Notes: generated from the sequence alone by a model not told the origin. DNA of 64,000 nucleotides from a virus (IMGVR_UViG_3300039159_000198); one strand, 5' to 3'; positions 1 through 9,997 are shown, numbered from the stretch's first letter. A program made the numbers and translations.

Positions 1-429
1 AAATATCGGGAGAATAATAAAGAAAAATATTTAGAGTACAAGAAATCATATTGCACAAATAATAAGGAAAAAATACGAACATATATGAGGTCATACAATA
101 AAGAACGAACCAATAACGATACCCAATATAGATTAATAACTAATATAAGGTCAAGAATTCGCCAATTTTTAAAATCTAAAAACATCACAAAAAGAAGTAA
201 AACTTTTGAGATTGTTGGATGTACTCCGGATTTCTTAAAAGAATATTTAGAAAAACAATTCACTAAAGGGATGTCTTGGGAGTTGTTAGGTAATCGAATT
301 CATATTGACCACATAATACCTTTATCGTCGGCAAAAACCGAAGAAGAAACTTATATGTTATGTCATTACACAAACCTCCAACCATTGTGGGCGGAAGATA
401 ACCTAAAAAAATCAAATAAAATTGTTTAA
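1..429 (+). CDS. HNH-type endonuclease (paralog family), 5'-truncated by window
   Basis: Frame open from base 1; C-terminal GC..L..YLE.QF..GMSW...HIDHIIPLSS...CHYTNLQPLWAEDNLKK shared with ORFs at 9978, 15533, 44725. Confidence 0.8.
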   Translation, partial: KYRENNKEKYLEYKKSYCTNNKEKIRTYMRSYNKERTNNDTQYRLITNIRSRIRQFLKSKNITKRSKTFEIVGCTPDFLKEYLEKQFTKGMSWELLGNRIHIDHIIPLSSAKTEEETYMLCHYTNLQPLWAEDNLKKSNKIV

Positions 430-483
430 CTGATATCTACCCTTTTTCATACTTATTATTATTTTTTATAAAAAAAGTAAATT

Positions 484-1752
484 ATGAGTAAAATATTTGT
501 TCAAATCGCCAGTTTTTGCGACCCACAACTTGGCATCACAATTAAAGATTGTATTGAAAACGCTAAAAACCCGAAAAACCTAACATTTGGTATAACCAAT
601 CAATATAATCCGGATGACAAGTTTAATATTGATGAATACCAAAACGATAAAAGATTTAAAATTGAAAATGTTTTATACACAGACTCCAAAGGAGCTTGTT
701 GGGCTCGCAACTTGCTTCAACAAAGATATAGTGGTGAGACATACACATTACAAATTGACTCACACATGCGATTTGAAAAAAATTGGGATGTCGAATTGAT
801 TAAGATGATTAAACAACTTCAAAAGAAAGGTGTTAAAAAACCTTTATTAACAAGTTATGTTTCGTCATTTGACCCTGATAATGACCCGGCAGGTAGAGTC
901 CAAGAACCTTGGAGGATGTCGTTTGATAGGTTCATCCCAGAATCTCCGATTTTTTTTCTTCCTGAGACAATACCAGGATGGAAAGAATTAACAGAACCTG
1001 TACCCTCAAGATTTTATTCCGCCCATTTTTGCTTTACACTTGGTCAATTTTCGGTAGAAGTTCAACACGATAAAGAATATTACTTTCACGGAGAAGAAAT
1101 CTCAATTGCGGTAAGAGCATTCACCCACGGGTACGACCTGTACCATCCTCATAAAACTTTAGTGTGGCACGAATACGAGAGAAAAGGTCGGGTGAAACAA
1201 TGGGATATCGATAAAACTTGGGGAGAAAAAAACAAATTCTCTCACTCAAAAAATCGAAAACTTTTTAGTATGGATGGGGAGACCTATAATCCGGAAGAAT
1301 TTGGTATATACGGTTTTGGTTCTGTTAGGTCTTTAAGAGACTATGAAAAATATGCCGGAATATTATTTGAAAAAAGAGCCGTTGATAAATATACTTTAGA
1401 TAAAAATTATCCACCAAACCCATATAATTTTAAAACTGAACAAGAATGGAAAGATAGTTTCTGTATGATGTTCAAACATTGTATTGATATTGGTTATGAC
1501 CAAGTACCTGAAAAAGATTATGAATATTGGGTGGTCGCATTTCATAATGATAAAGAAGATACTTTATTTAGAAAAGATGCGGATAAAAACGAAATATCGG
1601 GTTTCATGAGAGACCCGGATAAATACTGTAAAGTATGGAGAGAATTTCAAACGGATGAATTACCGTCATATTGGGTGGTATGGCCTTACTCAACATCAAA
1701 AGGGTGGTGTGAAAGAATAACCGGTAGATTACACAATAATCTAGTTAGTTAA
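484..1752 (+). CDS. GlcNAc-transferase, GT60/Skp1-hydroxyproline GlcNAc-T-like
   Basis: IFVQIASF.D, GACWAR, QIDSHMRF, FHGEEI..R.FT.GYD motifs. Confidence 0.75.
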   Translation: MSKIFVQIASFCDPQLGITIKDCIENAKNPKNLTFGITNQYNPDDKFNIDEYQNDKRFKIENVLYTDSKGACWARNLLQQRYSGETYTLQIDSHMRFEKNWDVELIKMIKQLQKKGVKKPLLTSYVSSFDPDNDPAGRVQEPWRMSFDRFIPESPIFFLPETIPGWKELTEPVPSRFYSAHFCFTLGQFSVEVQHDKEYYFHGEEISIAVRAFTHGYDLYHPHKTLVWHEYERKGRVKQWDIDKTWGEKNKFSHSKNRKLFSMDGETYNPEEFGIYGFGSVRSLRDYEKYAGILFEKRAVDKYTLDKNYPPNPYNFKTEQEWKDSFCMMFKHCIDIGYDQVPEKDYEYWVVAFHNDKEDTLFRKDADKNEISGFMRDPDKYCKVWREFQTDELPSYWVVWPYSTSKGWCERITGRLHNNLVS

Positions 1753-1763
1753 ATAATAATACA

Positions 1764-2471
1764 ATGAGTTATGCAATTGCAAGTTTTTGTTATGGTGATA
1801 GATATTATGACCAAACAAATAGAATGATTGAATCGTTTAAAAAAATAGAAAATAAACCAAAAATTTTTATTGTTACAGATAAACCGGATTCAATTACCAA
1901 AGAAGATTTTGTATTTGTTTCAGACATTAAAGAATATGATGAAAGTTACTCTAAATATGAAACAAATTATTATGATTTTGATTTTTCAGTAAAAAGATTC
2001 TCAGTAAAATTTGCATTAGATAATGGATTTACTAAAATTATTTTAACGGACACTGATGTAATTCCAAATGAAAAGTTATTTAACGATAAAAATGTTCTAG
2101 ATTGTTTTATACCAAATAGCGTATCAGGTCAAGTGACTTATCTTTTTGAAGATGAAATAAACCGTAATAGTATGTTAGGTAGAAGATTTGTACATTATGA
2201 ATCAAAATTTGATGTAGACCATACTAAAAAAGATATGTGGATGCCTGAGGATTGTATTCAATTTTTAGATATTGATAAAGAAAAATTTTACTCGTTTCTT
2301 TCTACATGGGATAAATGTATTGAAATTAAAAAATCTGATAATTTGTATAATATTCCCGCTGGGAATATAGATGAAATGTGTTTTTCCGCACTTAACAATG
2401 GAATTGAATTAAAAAATAATTCCAACAAACATATAAACTTATTAATCCCCAATCACGATAAATGGTATTAA
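1764..2471 (+). CDS. putative GT-A fold glycosyltransferase
   Basis: IILTDTD DxD motif; position in GT cluster. Confidence 0.5.
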   Translation: MSYAIASFCYGDRYYDQTNRMIESFKKIENKPKIFIVTDKPDSITKEDFVFVSDIKEYDESYSKYETNYYDFDFSVKRFSVKFALDNGFTKIILTDTDVIPNEKLFNDKNVLDCFIPNSVSGQVTYLFEDEINRNSMLGRRFVHYESKFDVDHTKKDMWMPEDCIQFLDIDKEKFYSFLSTWDKCIEIKKSDNLYNIPAGNIDEMCFSALNNGIELKNNSNKHINLLIPNHDKWY

Positions 2472-3307
2472 AAATTATAACATCAGTTTATGAATTAAAT
2501 TACGAGGACGAACGAGGAGGTATGATATATAAATCATATCCTCTATTAACTCAAACATTACGAAATATAATTTTTGAAGGGTTTGAATATGTGATTTATA
2601 CTAATCAATACACTTACGATAAATATGGTTTAGGTAATCAATTTAATCAACCAAATGTAACTATAAAATTTCATGAATTAAATTCAAAAAATTATGTTGA
2701 TAATATAAATCCAATTAGGTCTTTAAATTTTTCAAATGGGGAGATTTACGATAGAATTTATTGTGTGAAAAATTATGTAGAAGTTATTTTTAATAAATTA
2801 CAATTTTTACTTAATGAATGTGAGGATGATAAAAATGTTGTATGGATTGATTCCGGATTATTTGGAACCAGTTGTCACGATAGATGGAGAGATTATATAA
2901 ACGTTTTCGCTCATTCAAAATTATTTTTGAATAAAATAAATGAAAAAATATCGGAAAATGGTTTTATTTGTTTGAGAGGGGAATCAATTCAAATTAATTA
3001 TGAATTAAAGTCAGTCCTTGTTAACATGTTTGAAACCGATTTTAAATTAGTTCCGGGTGGATTATTCGGAGGGACCTCAGAAGAAGTTAAAAAAGTTTTG
3101 TCTAATTACTCTTCAATTTTTGAAAAATATTATCAAACAACAAATAAATTAATTAGTGAACAAGAAGTATTATCAATATTAACACATACAAACAATGTTA
3201 AGTTTTTTAATTTTGGGGGTTGGTTAGATTTACAAAAAAGTATTTTAGGCCTTATGGATTTATTAAATGTTGATAAATATAGAATTGATGAAAAATATGA
3301 ACTATAA
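2462..3307 (+). CDS. HtrL/YibB-like putative glycosyltransferase
   Basis: WIDSG, VPGGLFGG, SEQEVL motifs; resembles N-half of 3863..5536. Confidence 0.6.
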   Translation: MVLKIITSVYELNYEDERGGMIYKSYPLLTQTLRNIIFEGFEYVIYTNQYTYDKYGLGNQFNQPNVTIKFHELNSKNYVDNINPIRSLNFSNGEIYDRIYCVKNYVEVIFNKLQFLLNECEDDKNVVWIDSGLFGTSCHDRWRDYINVFAHSKLFLNKINEKISENGFICLRGESIQINYELKSVLVNMFETDFKLVPGGLFGGTSEEVKKVLSNYSSIFEKYYQTTNKLISEQEVLSILTHTNNVKFFNFGGWLDLQKSILGLMDLLNVDKYRIDEKYEL

Positions 3308-3866
3308 GTATAATTTTAACATTATTTGTACAACAATTGGACGTGAAACCTTACCAAGGTTAATTGATATCTTTAAAAATCAATTATCCGAGAGTGATAC
3401 TTTTACGATAATCTCAGATACTAATCATGATTTTGTTAAAAATGTTTTATCAGGTTATGATTTTAATTTTAAATTAAATTATATAATAAATGATGGTGAT
3501 AGATTAGGGAAATATGGACATCAATTATTGAATAAATATATTAATAATGTTGAAGGTGATTTTATAATGTTTGCCGATGATGATGACTATTATGTTGACG
3601 GGGCGTTTGATAAGATTAGAAAATCTGTTATAGAAAAGAAACTATACCTTTTTAAACATAAATGGGGAGAAACAATTAATTGGACAACAAAAGAAGTAAT
3701 ACTTGGGAATATTGGTAAGTGTATGGGAGTTATACCTAATACAAAAAATTTACCAATGTTTCAAGAAGATGTGTTTGGAGATGGTTTATTTTACGAGGAT
3801 TTATCTAAGATAGTTGATTACGAATTTGTTGATGAAATAATATATAAAATAAGAAATACTATATGA
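3297..3866 (+). CDS. GT2-like glycosyltransferase (track starts at 3267; 3297 more likely)
   Basis: IICTTIGR, GDFIMFADDDD motifs. Confidence 0.7.
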   Translation: MNYKYNFNIICTTIGRETLPRLIDIFKNQLSESDTFTIISDTNHDFVKNVLSGYDFNFKLNYIINDGDRLGKYGHQLLNKYINNVEGDFIMFADDDDYYVDGAFDKIRKSVIEKKLYLFKHKWGETINWTTKEVILGNIGKCMGVIPNTKNLPMFQEDVFGDGLFYEDLSKIVDYEFVDEIIYKIRNTI

Positions 3867-5536
3867 ATAATATAACATTAGTTACAGGAATTTGGGATAT
3901 TGGGAGAGGTGACTTAACCGAAGGGTGGTCAAGGTCTTACCAACATTATTTAGATAAGTTTGAACAATTATTAGATGTTCAAGAAAATATGATAATTTTT
4001 GGGGACAAAGAACTTAAAGACTTTGTTTCTAAAAAGAGAAATGAATTAAATACTCAATTTATTGAAAGACCGTTAGAATGGTTTACCAATTCCGAGTTTT
4101 ACAATAAAATACAGGTTATTAGAACAAGACCAAGTTGGATTGAACAAGTTGGATGGTTAGGAGAATCGACACAAGCAAAACTGGAAAACTATAACCCTTT
4201 GGTTATGTCAAAAGTATTCCTTCTTCACGATGCTAAAATATTCGATAAGTTTAACTCGGAGTATATGTTTTGGATTGATGGGGGTTTAACCAATACCGTA
4301 CATGCCGGGTATTTCACTCACGATAAAGTTTTAGATAAACTATCCAAATACATATCAAAATTCTCATTCATTAGTTTCCCTTATGATGCCGAAACTGAAA
4401 TACACGGGTTTAATTATAATAAATTAAATGAACTTGCCGGTGATAAAGTAACTAAAGTCGCTAGGGGGGGATTTTTTGGTGGGCCTAAAGAAAGTATTGG
4501 TGATATTAATGGAATTTACTATGGGTTGTTAAAATCAACATTAGACGATGGTTATATGGGTACTGAGGAGTCTATCTTTAGTATTATGACACACAAACAC
4601 TCTGACTTGATTAATTATTTTGAAATCGAATCAAATGGTTTGATGGGTAAGTTCTTTGAAGATTTGAAAGACGATAAGTTAGTCCCAAAAAACGAGTCAA
4701 AAGTTATCGTAGTTAATAATTTAGATATCAATAAAGTCGGTCTATATGTTTTAACTTTTAATAGCCCAAACCAATTTGAAACACTAATAAAATCAATGCT
4801 AGAATATGATGCAGATTTTATTAATAAACCAACAAAATTCTTATTGGATAATTCAACTGACTTATCAACAACACCAAGATATAAAGAACTTTGTGAGGAG
4901 TATGGGTTTGAGCATATAAAGAAAGATAATATTGGGATTATGGGTGGAAGAATATTTGTTGCCGAACATTTTAATGAAACCAATTTAGATTTTCAAATTT
5001 TTTTCGAAGAGGACATGACTTTATATTCGAAAAAAGGTGAAATTTGTAGAAGTGGGTTTAATAGATACGTCCCAAATTTATATTCTAAATCTTTGGAGAT
5101 TATAAAAAAAGAAAATTTTGATTTTTTAAAATATTCTTTTACGGAATTTTATGCTTCAAACGATGTTCAAATTTCTTGGTATAACGTTCCACAGGATTTT
5201 AGACAATCACATTGGCCTAATAAACCTAAATTACCTGTTCAGGGTTTTGACCCAAACGCTCCGAAAACAAATTTTAATAATATAAACATATATAAAGAGC
5301 TACCATACATATCGGGTGAGTGTTATATTTCAAACTGGCCAATTATATTAACAAAACAAGGTAATTATAAATGTTATTTAGAAACAAAATGGCAATTTAG
5401 TTATGAGCAGACCAGCATGAGTTATGTTTATCAAGAAACTGTTAAGGGAAATATAAACCCTGGTTTATTATTATTATCTCCAATAGAACACATAAGGTAT
5501 GAACATTACGACGGAGCGTTAAGAAAAGAGTCATAA
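3863..5536 (+). CDS. two-domain glycosyltransferase (HtrL/YibB-like N-domain plus GT-A-like C-domain)
   Basis: ITLVTGIWDIGR, WIDGG, ARGGFFGG, GTEESIF; second domain LYVLTFN...FFEEDM. Confidence 0.6.
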   Translation: MNNITLVTGIWDIGRGDLTEGWSRSYQHYLDKFEQLLDVQENMIIFGDKELKDFVSKKRNELNTQFIERPLEWFTNSEFYNKIQVIRTRPSWIEQVGWLGESTQAKLENYNPLVMSKVFLLHDAKIFDKFNSEYMFWIDGGLTNTVHAGYFTHDKVLDKLSKYISKFSFISFPYDAETEIHGFNYNKLNELAGDKVTKVARGGFFGGPKESIGDINGIYYGLLKSTLDDGYMGTEESIFSIMTHKHSDLINYFEIESNGLMGKFFEDLKDDKLVPKNESKVIVVNNLDINKVGLYVLTFNSPNQFETLIKSMLEYDADFINKPTKFLLDNSTDLSTTPRYKELCEEYGFEHIKKDNIGIMGGRIFVAEHFNETNLDFQIFFEEDMTLYSKKGEICRSGFNRYVPNLYSKSLEIIKKENFDFLKYSFTEFYASNDVQISWYNVPQDFRQSHWPNKPKLPVQGFDPNAPKTNFNNINIYKELPYISGECYISNWPIILTKQGNYKCYLETKWQFSYEQTSMSYVYQETVKGNINPGLLLLSPIEHIRYEHYDGALRKES

Positions 5537-5552
5537 CGATATATTTATTGTT

Positions 5553-5930
5553 ATGGAATTTTATATCAAACAAAACTCGACTTTACCAGTTTTAAAAATG
5601 ATGGTACTAAAAGATGGTAGAGCCGGATACCAACAACTTATGCAAGATTTAGAGGTATCAACAATATTTTTCACGATGATTGATGTGGAGACGGGTATTC
5701 CAAAAATAGTATCCGCACCTGCAGAAATTGTAAATTTAATTTTACCTGAAGGTGCATCACCGGAATATTACATTTATTTCAAATTTACCTCAAGGGATAC
5801 AAATACGCCGGGAAGGTATGAGGGTCAATTCCTAATAAAGAATGACGAGGGTAATTTAATTCTACCAATAAGGGAAGAGTTGTATATTAACATTCAACAT
5901 AGTTTCATCTCGGAAACGGCTTGTTGTTAG
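5553..5930 (+). CDS. putative virion structural protein (BppU-like beta domain)
   Basis: FYIKQN.TLP...F.FT..DT..PG.Y.GQF pattern; TATTTAT at 5542. Confidence 0.4.
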   Translation: MEFYIKQNSTLPVLKMMVLKDGRAGYQQLMQDLEVSTIFFTMIDVETGIPKIVSAPAEIVNLILPEGASPEYYIYFKFTSRDTNTPGRYEGQFLIKNDEGNLILPIREELYINIQHSFISETACC

Positions 5931-5947
5931 AAAAAAAACAAAATATA

Positions 5948-5978
5948 TTTGGTAATCTAAAAATAAGTTGTATCTTTG
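5948..5978 (+). promoter_or_regulatory. Bacteroidota-type housekeeping promoter
   Basis: TTTG(5948)-N19-TATCTTTG(5971). Confidence 0.75.
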
Positions 5979-5984
5979 TCAAAG

Positions 5985-6154
5985 AAAATAAAAAATCTTA
6001 ATTGAAAACGAGTGGGTATTCCAATACAGCTAGTACATCTAACGATGGTGATTAAGTGGATTACTTGGATTATCCTACCAAGCGTGAATCGAAAGTACAA
6101 CACGAAAGGTTAGTGTACTAAATAAAAAACCCCTTAATTATTTGAGGGGTTTTT
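5985..6154 (+). ncRNA. putative structured small RNA
   Basis: Own promoter and terminator; stem 6031-6043/6109-6120 enclosing CTTGG/CCAAG and CGTG/CACG hairpins. Confidence 0.5.
6125..6154. terminator. bidirectional intrinsic terminator
   Basis: AAAAACCCCTTAA-TTAT-TTGAGGGGTTTTT between convergent units. Confidence 0.75.
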
Positions 6155-6706
6155 AATTTTAAGGTCTTTATCTCCTTGTTTTTCGTAAAAATTATCTCCT
6201 TTAATTTGTGTTTTTAAATGTAGTTGATAGAGAGGTATGTTTTTTGTATTTCTTTTATCTAAAGAAACAACAACAGAATAAAGTGTATTATAATTTCTTT
6301 TAACTACAACAACATCCCCATCCTTAATTCTTTTCGTCATTATTTCTTCGGCTAATCTGTCCCTATTATCATATAAAAAATTAAAACCTTCTAAAGGAAG
6401 TGGATTAGTTAATTTTTGATTATTTATGTATTGAGGGTCCTCTTTTCTGTACAACCTATCTAAATAATGTTTTGTTGGGATAATTTCAAATTCAACTTTT
6501 TTTTCCACTCCAGTTTTTTTATCAATAAAAATACCTATAAAGGGATTCATAAAAGATAATGTTGATTTGATTAGTTCTCTAACTTCTCGACTAATTGTAG
6601 GTATAAACTTTTTACCATTTTGTTCCGTTAAGTAATTACCAACAACCTCGAAAGAGACCATCTTATCAACAAATTCTCTAAGTATGTTTTTTATTAATTG
6701 ATTCAT
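6134..6706 (-). CDS. hypothetical late protein (start likely 6706, MNQLIKNILREF)
   Basis: TATTTAT on minus strand at 6712-6718; TKHYLDR motif weakly like BECR/RelE-fold proteins. Confidence 0.6.
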   Translation of the reverse strand: MNQLIKNILREFVDKMVSFEVVGNYLTEQNGKKFIPTISREVRELIKSTLSFMNPFIGIFIDKKTGVEKKVEFEIIPTKHYLDRLYRKEDPQYINNQKLTNPLPLEGFNFLYDNRDRLAEEIMTKRIKDGDVVVVKRNYNTLYSVVVSLDKRNTKNIPLYQLHLKTQIKGDNFYEKQGDKDLKIKNPSNN

Positions 6707-6739
6707 ATCTAATAAATATAAAAAAAAAATAAAAAAAAG

Positions 6740-6771
6740 TTTGGCAGAATAGAATTTAAGTATTATTTTTG
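6740..6771 (+). promoter_or_regulatory. Bacteroidota-type promoter
   Basis: TTTG(6740)-N20-TATTTTTG(6764). Confidence 0.7.
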
Positions 6772-6813
6772 TCCTGTCAAAAAGAAATAATAACATAAAC
6801 ACAAACAAATACC

Positions 6814-6927
6814 ATGAAAACAGTTACCTTCACAATGCAAGAGATATGGGCGGCATCAAGACCATCAGTTCAAAAAAGTAAAAAATCGTATAAAAGAAAA
6901 CCAAAACACAAAAAAGTGTCATACTAA
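6814..6927 (+). CDS. 37-aa basic peptide, ArfA-like (not in ORF track)
   Basis: MKTVTFTMQEIWAASRPSVQKSKKSYKRKPKHKKVSY; promoter upstream, imperfect hairpin plus T-run downstream. Confidence 0.65.
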   Translation: MKTVTFTMQEIWAASRPSVQKSKKSYKRKPKHKKVSY

Positions 6928-7064
6928 AAAATAACCCCGCCCTTTTGGTGGTTTTTTTTTTCTAATTTGATTATCTAAAATTATTAATTATATTTATAGA
7001 TAATGAGAAAGGTAAACTTCACAACTAAGTGATTGCAAATGTACTACTCGAAAAAACAACAAAT

Positions 7065-9788
7065 ATGATAAACAGTGAAGAAATTGAGTCGTTCCTACAT
7101 GGGAATGACCCTGAAGAATTTATAGTCGCCATCGAGTATGATTACCGAGACAACTGCATTTATAAGGTACGAGAAATCCCGGGTAAGGGAAAAGAAATCC
7201 GTAAAGACACATTTACCCCATTCGCTTGGGTAGGTGACTTAAAACATCTAAAATTTTATAACGACTCAAAGGCTGCTCAAAAGGCTGCTATGACCAAACA
7301 CGGAATTCTAATTGAGAAATTGGAAACTCACGGAAATGAACGTTTGGAGAAAGGTTTGACCTATATGGTTAAATCGATGAAGGGTTACCGAGAACTCATC
7401 CAATTCTTTAAGGAGGGTGGATGTGACCCATGGGGCGATAAATCTAAGGATAAGATAACTATTCTTCCTCCGGTGGAACAATACCTTGTATCCAAAGAAA
7501 AACGATTGTTTAAGGGGTTTGAAAATTATAATGAAGTGACTCGAATGGTTTATGACTTGGAGACGACCTCACTTGAACCTAAGGACGGTCGTATCTTCAT
7601 GATTGGAATTAAAACCAATAAAGGTTATCATAGAGTAATCGAATGTACAGATGAGAATGAAGAAAAAGGTGCCATCATCGAATTCTTCAATGTTATTAAC
7701 GAACTTAAACCATCCATTATTGGTGGGTATAACTCAGCGAACTTTGACTGGCATTGGATATTTGAAAGAAGTAGAATATTAGGTCTTGATTTAAAAAAAG
7801 TGTGTAAGTCGTTAAACCCAAACCATTCGTTTACTCGTAGAGATGGAATGCTAAAACTTGCAAATGAGGTTGAAACTTATACTCAAACTTCTATTTGGGG
7901 TTATAACGTTATTGATATCATTCATGCGGTTCGTAGAGCACAAGCCATCAACTCAAATATTAAAGCGGCAGGATTAAAGTATATTACCAAATTTATTAAT
8001 GCGGAATCACCAAGTCGTGTTTATATTGACCACTTAGATATTGGACCGTTTTTTGCTGAGAAAAAAGACTTTTGGTTAAACACCTTAAATGGAAACTATA
8101 AGAAAGTTGGGGTAGACCCAAAAATTGATGAGGTTTGTGGGAGACGTAACGATACCTATGAAAAAATTACAGGAGATAGACTGGTTGAGATGTATCTTGA
8201 TGATGATTTAGATGAAACCCTTAAGGTGGACCAAGAGTTCAACCAAGGTTCATTTTTAATGGCGTCGATGGTTCCGTCAACATATGAAAGAGTTTCAACA
8301 ATGGGTACCGCAACAATATGGCGTCAAATTATGCTGGCGTGGTCATATAAACATAATTTGGCAATACCGGTTAAAGAAGGTAAGACAGAATTTGTGGGAG
8401 GTTTATCGAGATTATTAAAGGTGGGGTATTCAAAAAACGTATTAAAATTGGACTTCTCATCTCTTTACCCATCAATTCAGTTGGTTCATGATGTATTTCC
8501 TGATTGTGATGTTACAGGAGCAATGAAAGGGTTTTTAACTTATTTTCGTAATACCCGTATTAAATATAAAAATTTGGCTTCCGAATATAAAAATATTGAC
8601 AAAGTAAAATCAGAGTCATACGGTAATAAGCAGTTACCCATAAAACTGTTCATTAATTCATTATTTGGGTCGTTATCTGCACCTCAAGTTTTTAATTGGG
8701 GGGATATGAAAAGGGGTGAACAAATTACCACGACCGGTAGACAATATTTAAGGCAAATGTTGTATTTTTTCTCGAAAAAAGGTTATACCGTGCTATTATG
8801 CGACACTGACGGTATGAATTTCTCATTACCTGAAGGAGGTGTTGAAAATAGAAAATATATCGGTAAAGGTAATAATTGGTTAGTTGAAAAAGATAAAGAA
8901 TATACGGGATATGATGCTGATGTTGCGGAATATAACGACATATTTATGAAGGGTGCCATGGGTCTTGACAACGACGGTACATGGGATTCCTGCATAAATT
9001 TATCCCGTAAAAATTATGCGACGATGGAACATAATGGTAAAGTTAAACTTACCGGTAACTCAATTAAATCAAAGAAACTTCCATTATACATTGAAGAGTT
9101 TTTAGATAAAGGGATTAAATTATTATTAGAAAATAAGGGTCAAGAGTTTGTTGAATACTATTACGAGTACTTACAAAAAATTTATGACAAAGAAATCTCA
9201 TTAAGTAAAATTGCTCAAAGAGCGAGAGTTAAATTATCAATCGATGATTATAAAAAAAGAATAACAACTAAAACAAAGGCGGGTAATAGTATGAGTAGAA
9301 TGAGTCACATGGAACTCGCCATTCAAAATAATTTAAAGGTTAATTTGGGTGATGTAATTATGTATGTCAACAACGGACTAAGAGCCTCTCATGGAGACGT
9401 GCAGAAAAAGGGTGACGGAGTTCAGTTAAATTGTTATATGTTAGATAAGAATATTTTAACGGATAACCCTGATTTAAAAGGGGACTATAATGTCGCAAGA
9501 GCGATGGTTACTTTTAATAAAAAACTTTCACCTTTAATGGTTGTATTTCAGGACGAAGTAAGAAAAAATTTAATTGTTAATGACCCGGAAAAAAGAGGAA
9601 TTTTCACGAAATCTCAATGTGAATTAATCAACGGATATTCACTTAATGAAGGAGACCAAGACAGTATTGACGATTTATTAACTTTGTCCGAACAGGAAAT
9701 TAAATATTGGGAAAAACGAGATTTAGACCCTAATTACATTTATGAGTTAGCCGAAGAGGGATGGGAAGAGCACATTGATTTAAAATAA
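7065..9788 (+). CDS. family B DNA polymerase with 3'-5' exonuclease (start 7065 preferred over 7029)
   Basis: ExoI YDLETT, ExoII GYNSANFD, motif A LDFSSLYPS, motif B K..INSLFG, motif C CDTDG. Confidence 0.95.
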   Translation: MINSEEIESFLHGNDPEEFIVAIEYDYRDNCIYKVREIPGKGKEIRKDTFTPFAWVGDLKHLKFYNDSKAAQKAAMTKHGILIEKLETHGNERLEKGLTYMVKSMKGYRELIQFFKEGGCDPWGDKSKDKITILPPVEQYLVSKEKRLFKGFENYNEVTRMVYDLETTSLEPKDGRIFMIGIKTNKGYHRVIECTDENEEKGAIIEFFNVINELKPSIIGGYNSANFDWHWIFERSRILGLDLKKVCKSLNPNHSFTRRDGMLKLANEVETYTQTSIWGYNVIDIIHAVRRAQAINSNIKAAGLKYITKFINAESPSRVYIDHLDIGPFFAEKKDFWLNTLNGNYKKVGVDPKIDEVCGRRNDTYEKITGDRLVEMYLDDDLDETLKVDQEFNQGSFLMASMVPSTYERVSTMGTATIWRQIMLAWSYKHNLAIPVKEGKTEFVGGLSRLLKVGYSKNVLKLDFSSLYPSIQLVHDVFPDCDVTGAMKGFLTYFRNTRIKYKNLASEYKNIDKVKSESYGNKQLPIKLFINSLFGSLSAPQVFNWGDMKRGEQITTTGRQYLRQMLYFFSKKGYTVLLCDTDGMNFSLPEGGVENRKYIGKGNNWLVEKDKEYTGYDADVAEYNDIFMKGAMGLDNDGTWDSCINLSRKNYATMEHNGKVKLTGNSIKSKKLPLYIEEFLDKGIKLLLENKGQEFVEYYYEYLQKIYDKEISLSKIAQRARVKLSIDDYKKRITTKTKAGNSMSRMSHMELAIQNNLKVNLGDVIMYVNNGLRASHGDVQKKGDGVQLNCYMLDKNILTDNPDLKGDYNVARAMVTFNKKLSPLMVVFQDEVRKNLIVNDPEKRGIFTKSQCELINGYSLNEGDQDSIDDLLTLSEQEIKYWEKRDLDPNYIYELAEEGWEEHIDLK

Positions 9789-9835
9789 TTTTGTGAATAA
9801 TAACACTTTTACTCTCTTTGTTGATATTTATTAAT

Positions 9836-9997
9836 ATGGGAAGAAAATTAAAAACTGAAGAAGAAAAGAAAACTAAAGTGTCGGTTGCGTTAGATAGAGA
9901 ACTATTAACTTATTATCGTGACCTTCACATTAATTTATCATCATTAGTAAATAAATTACTTAAAGATTATAGAAAAAATGGAAACAAAAGTTTGTAG
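9836..9997 (+). CDS. 53-aa ribbon-helix-helix-like protein (not in ORF track)
   Basis: MGRKLKTEEEKKTKVSVALDRELLTYYRDLHINLSSLVNKLLKDYRKNGNKSL; paralog at 44215. Confidence 0.75.
   Translation: MGRKLKTEEEKKTKVSVALDRELLTYYRDLHINLSSLVNKLLKDYRKNGNKSL

Noticed and set aside
6030-6120. Hammerhead ribozyme or tRNA
   Set aside because: GAAA is present but there is no CUGANGA core; no cloverleaf or TTC loop
6707-6808. N-terminal extension of ORF 6134..6808
   Set aside because: Low-complexity F/L run that overlaps promoters; start at 6706 follows TATTTAT
7005-7049. c-di-GMP-I riboswitch
   Set aside because: GGTAAAC/GCAAA resemblance only; no GNRA loop and no second stem with receptor
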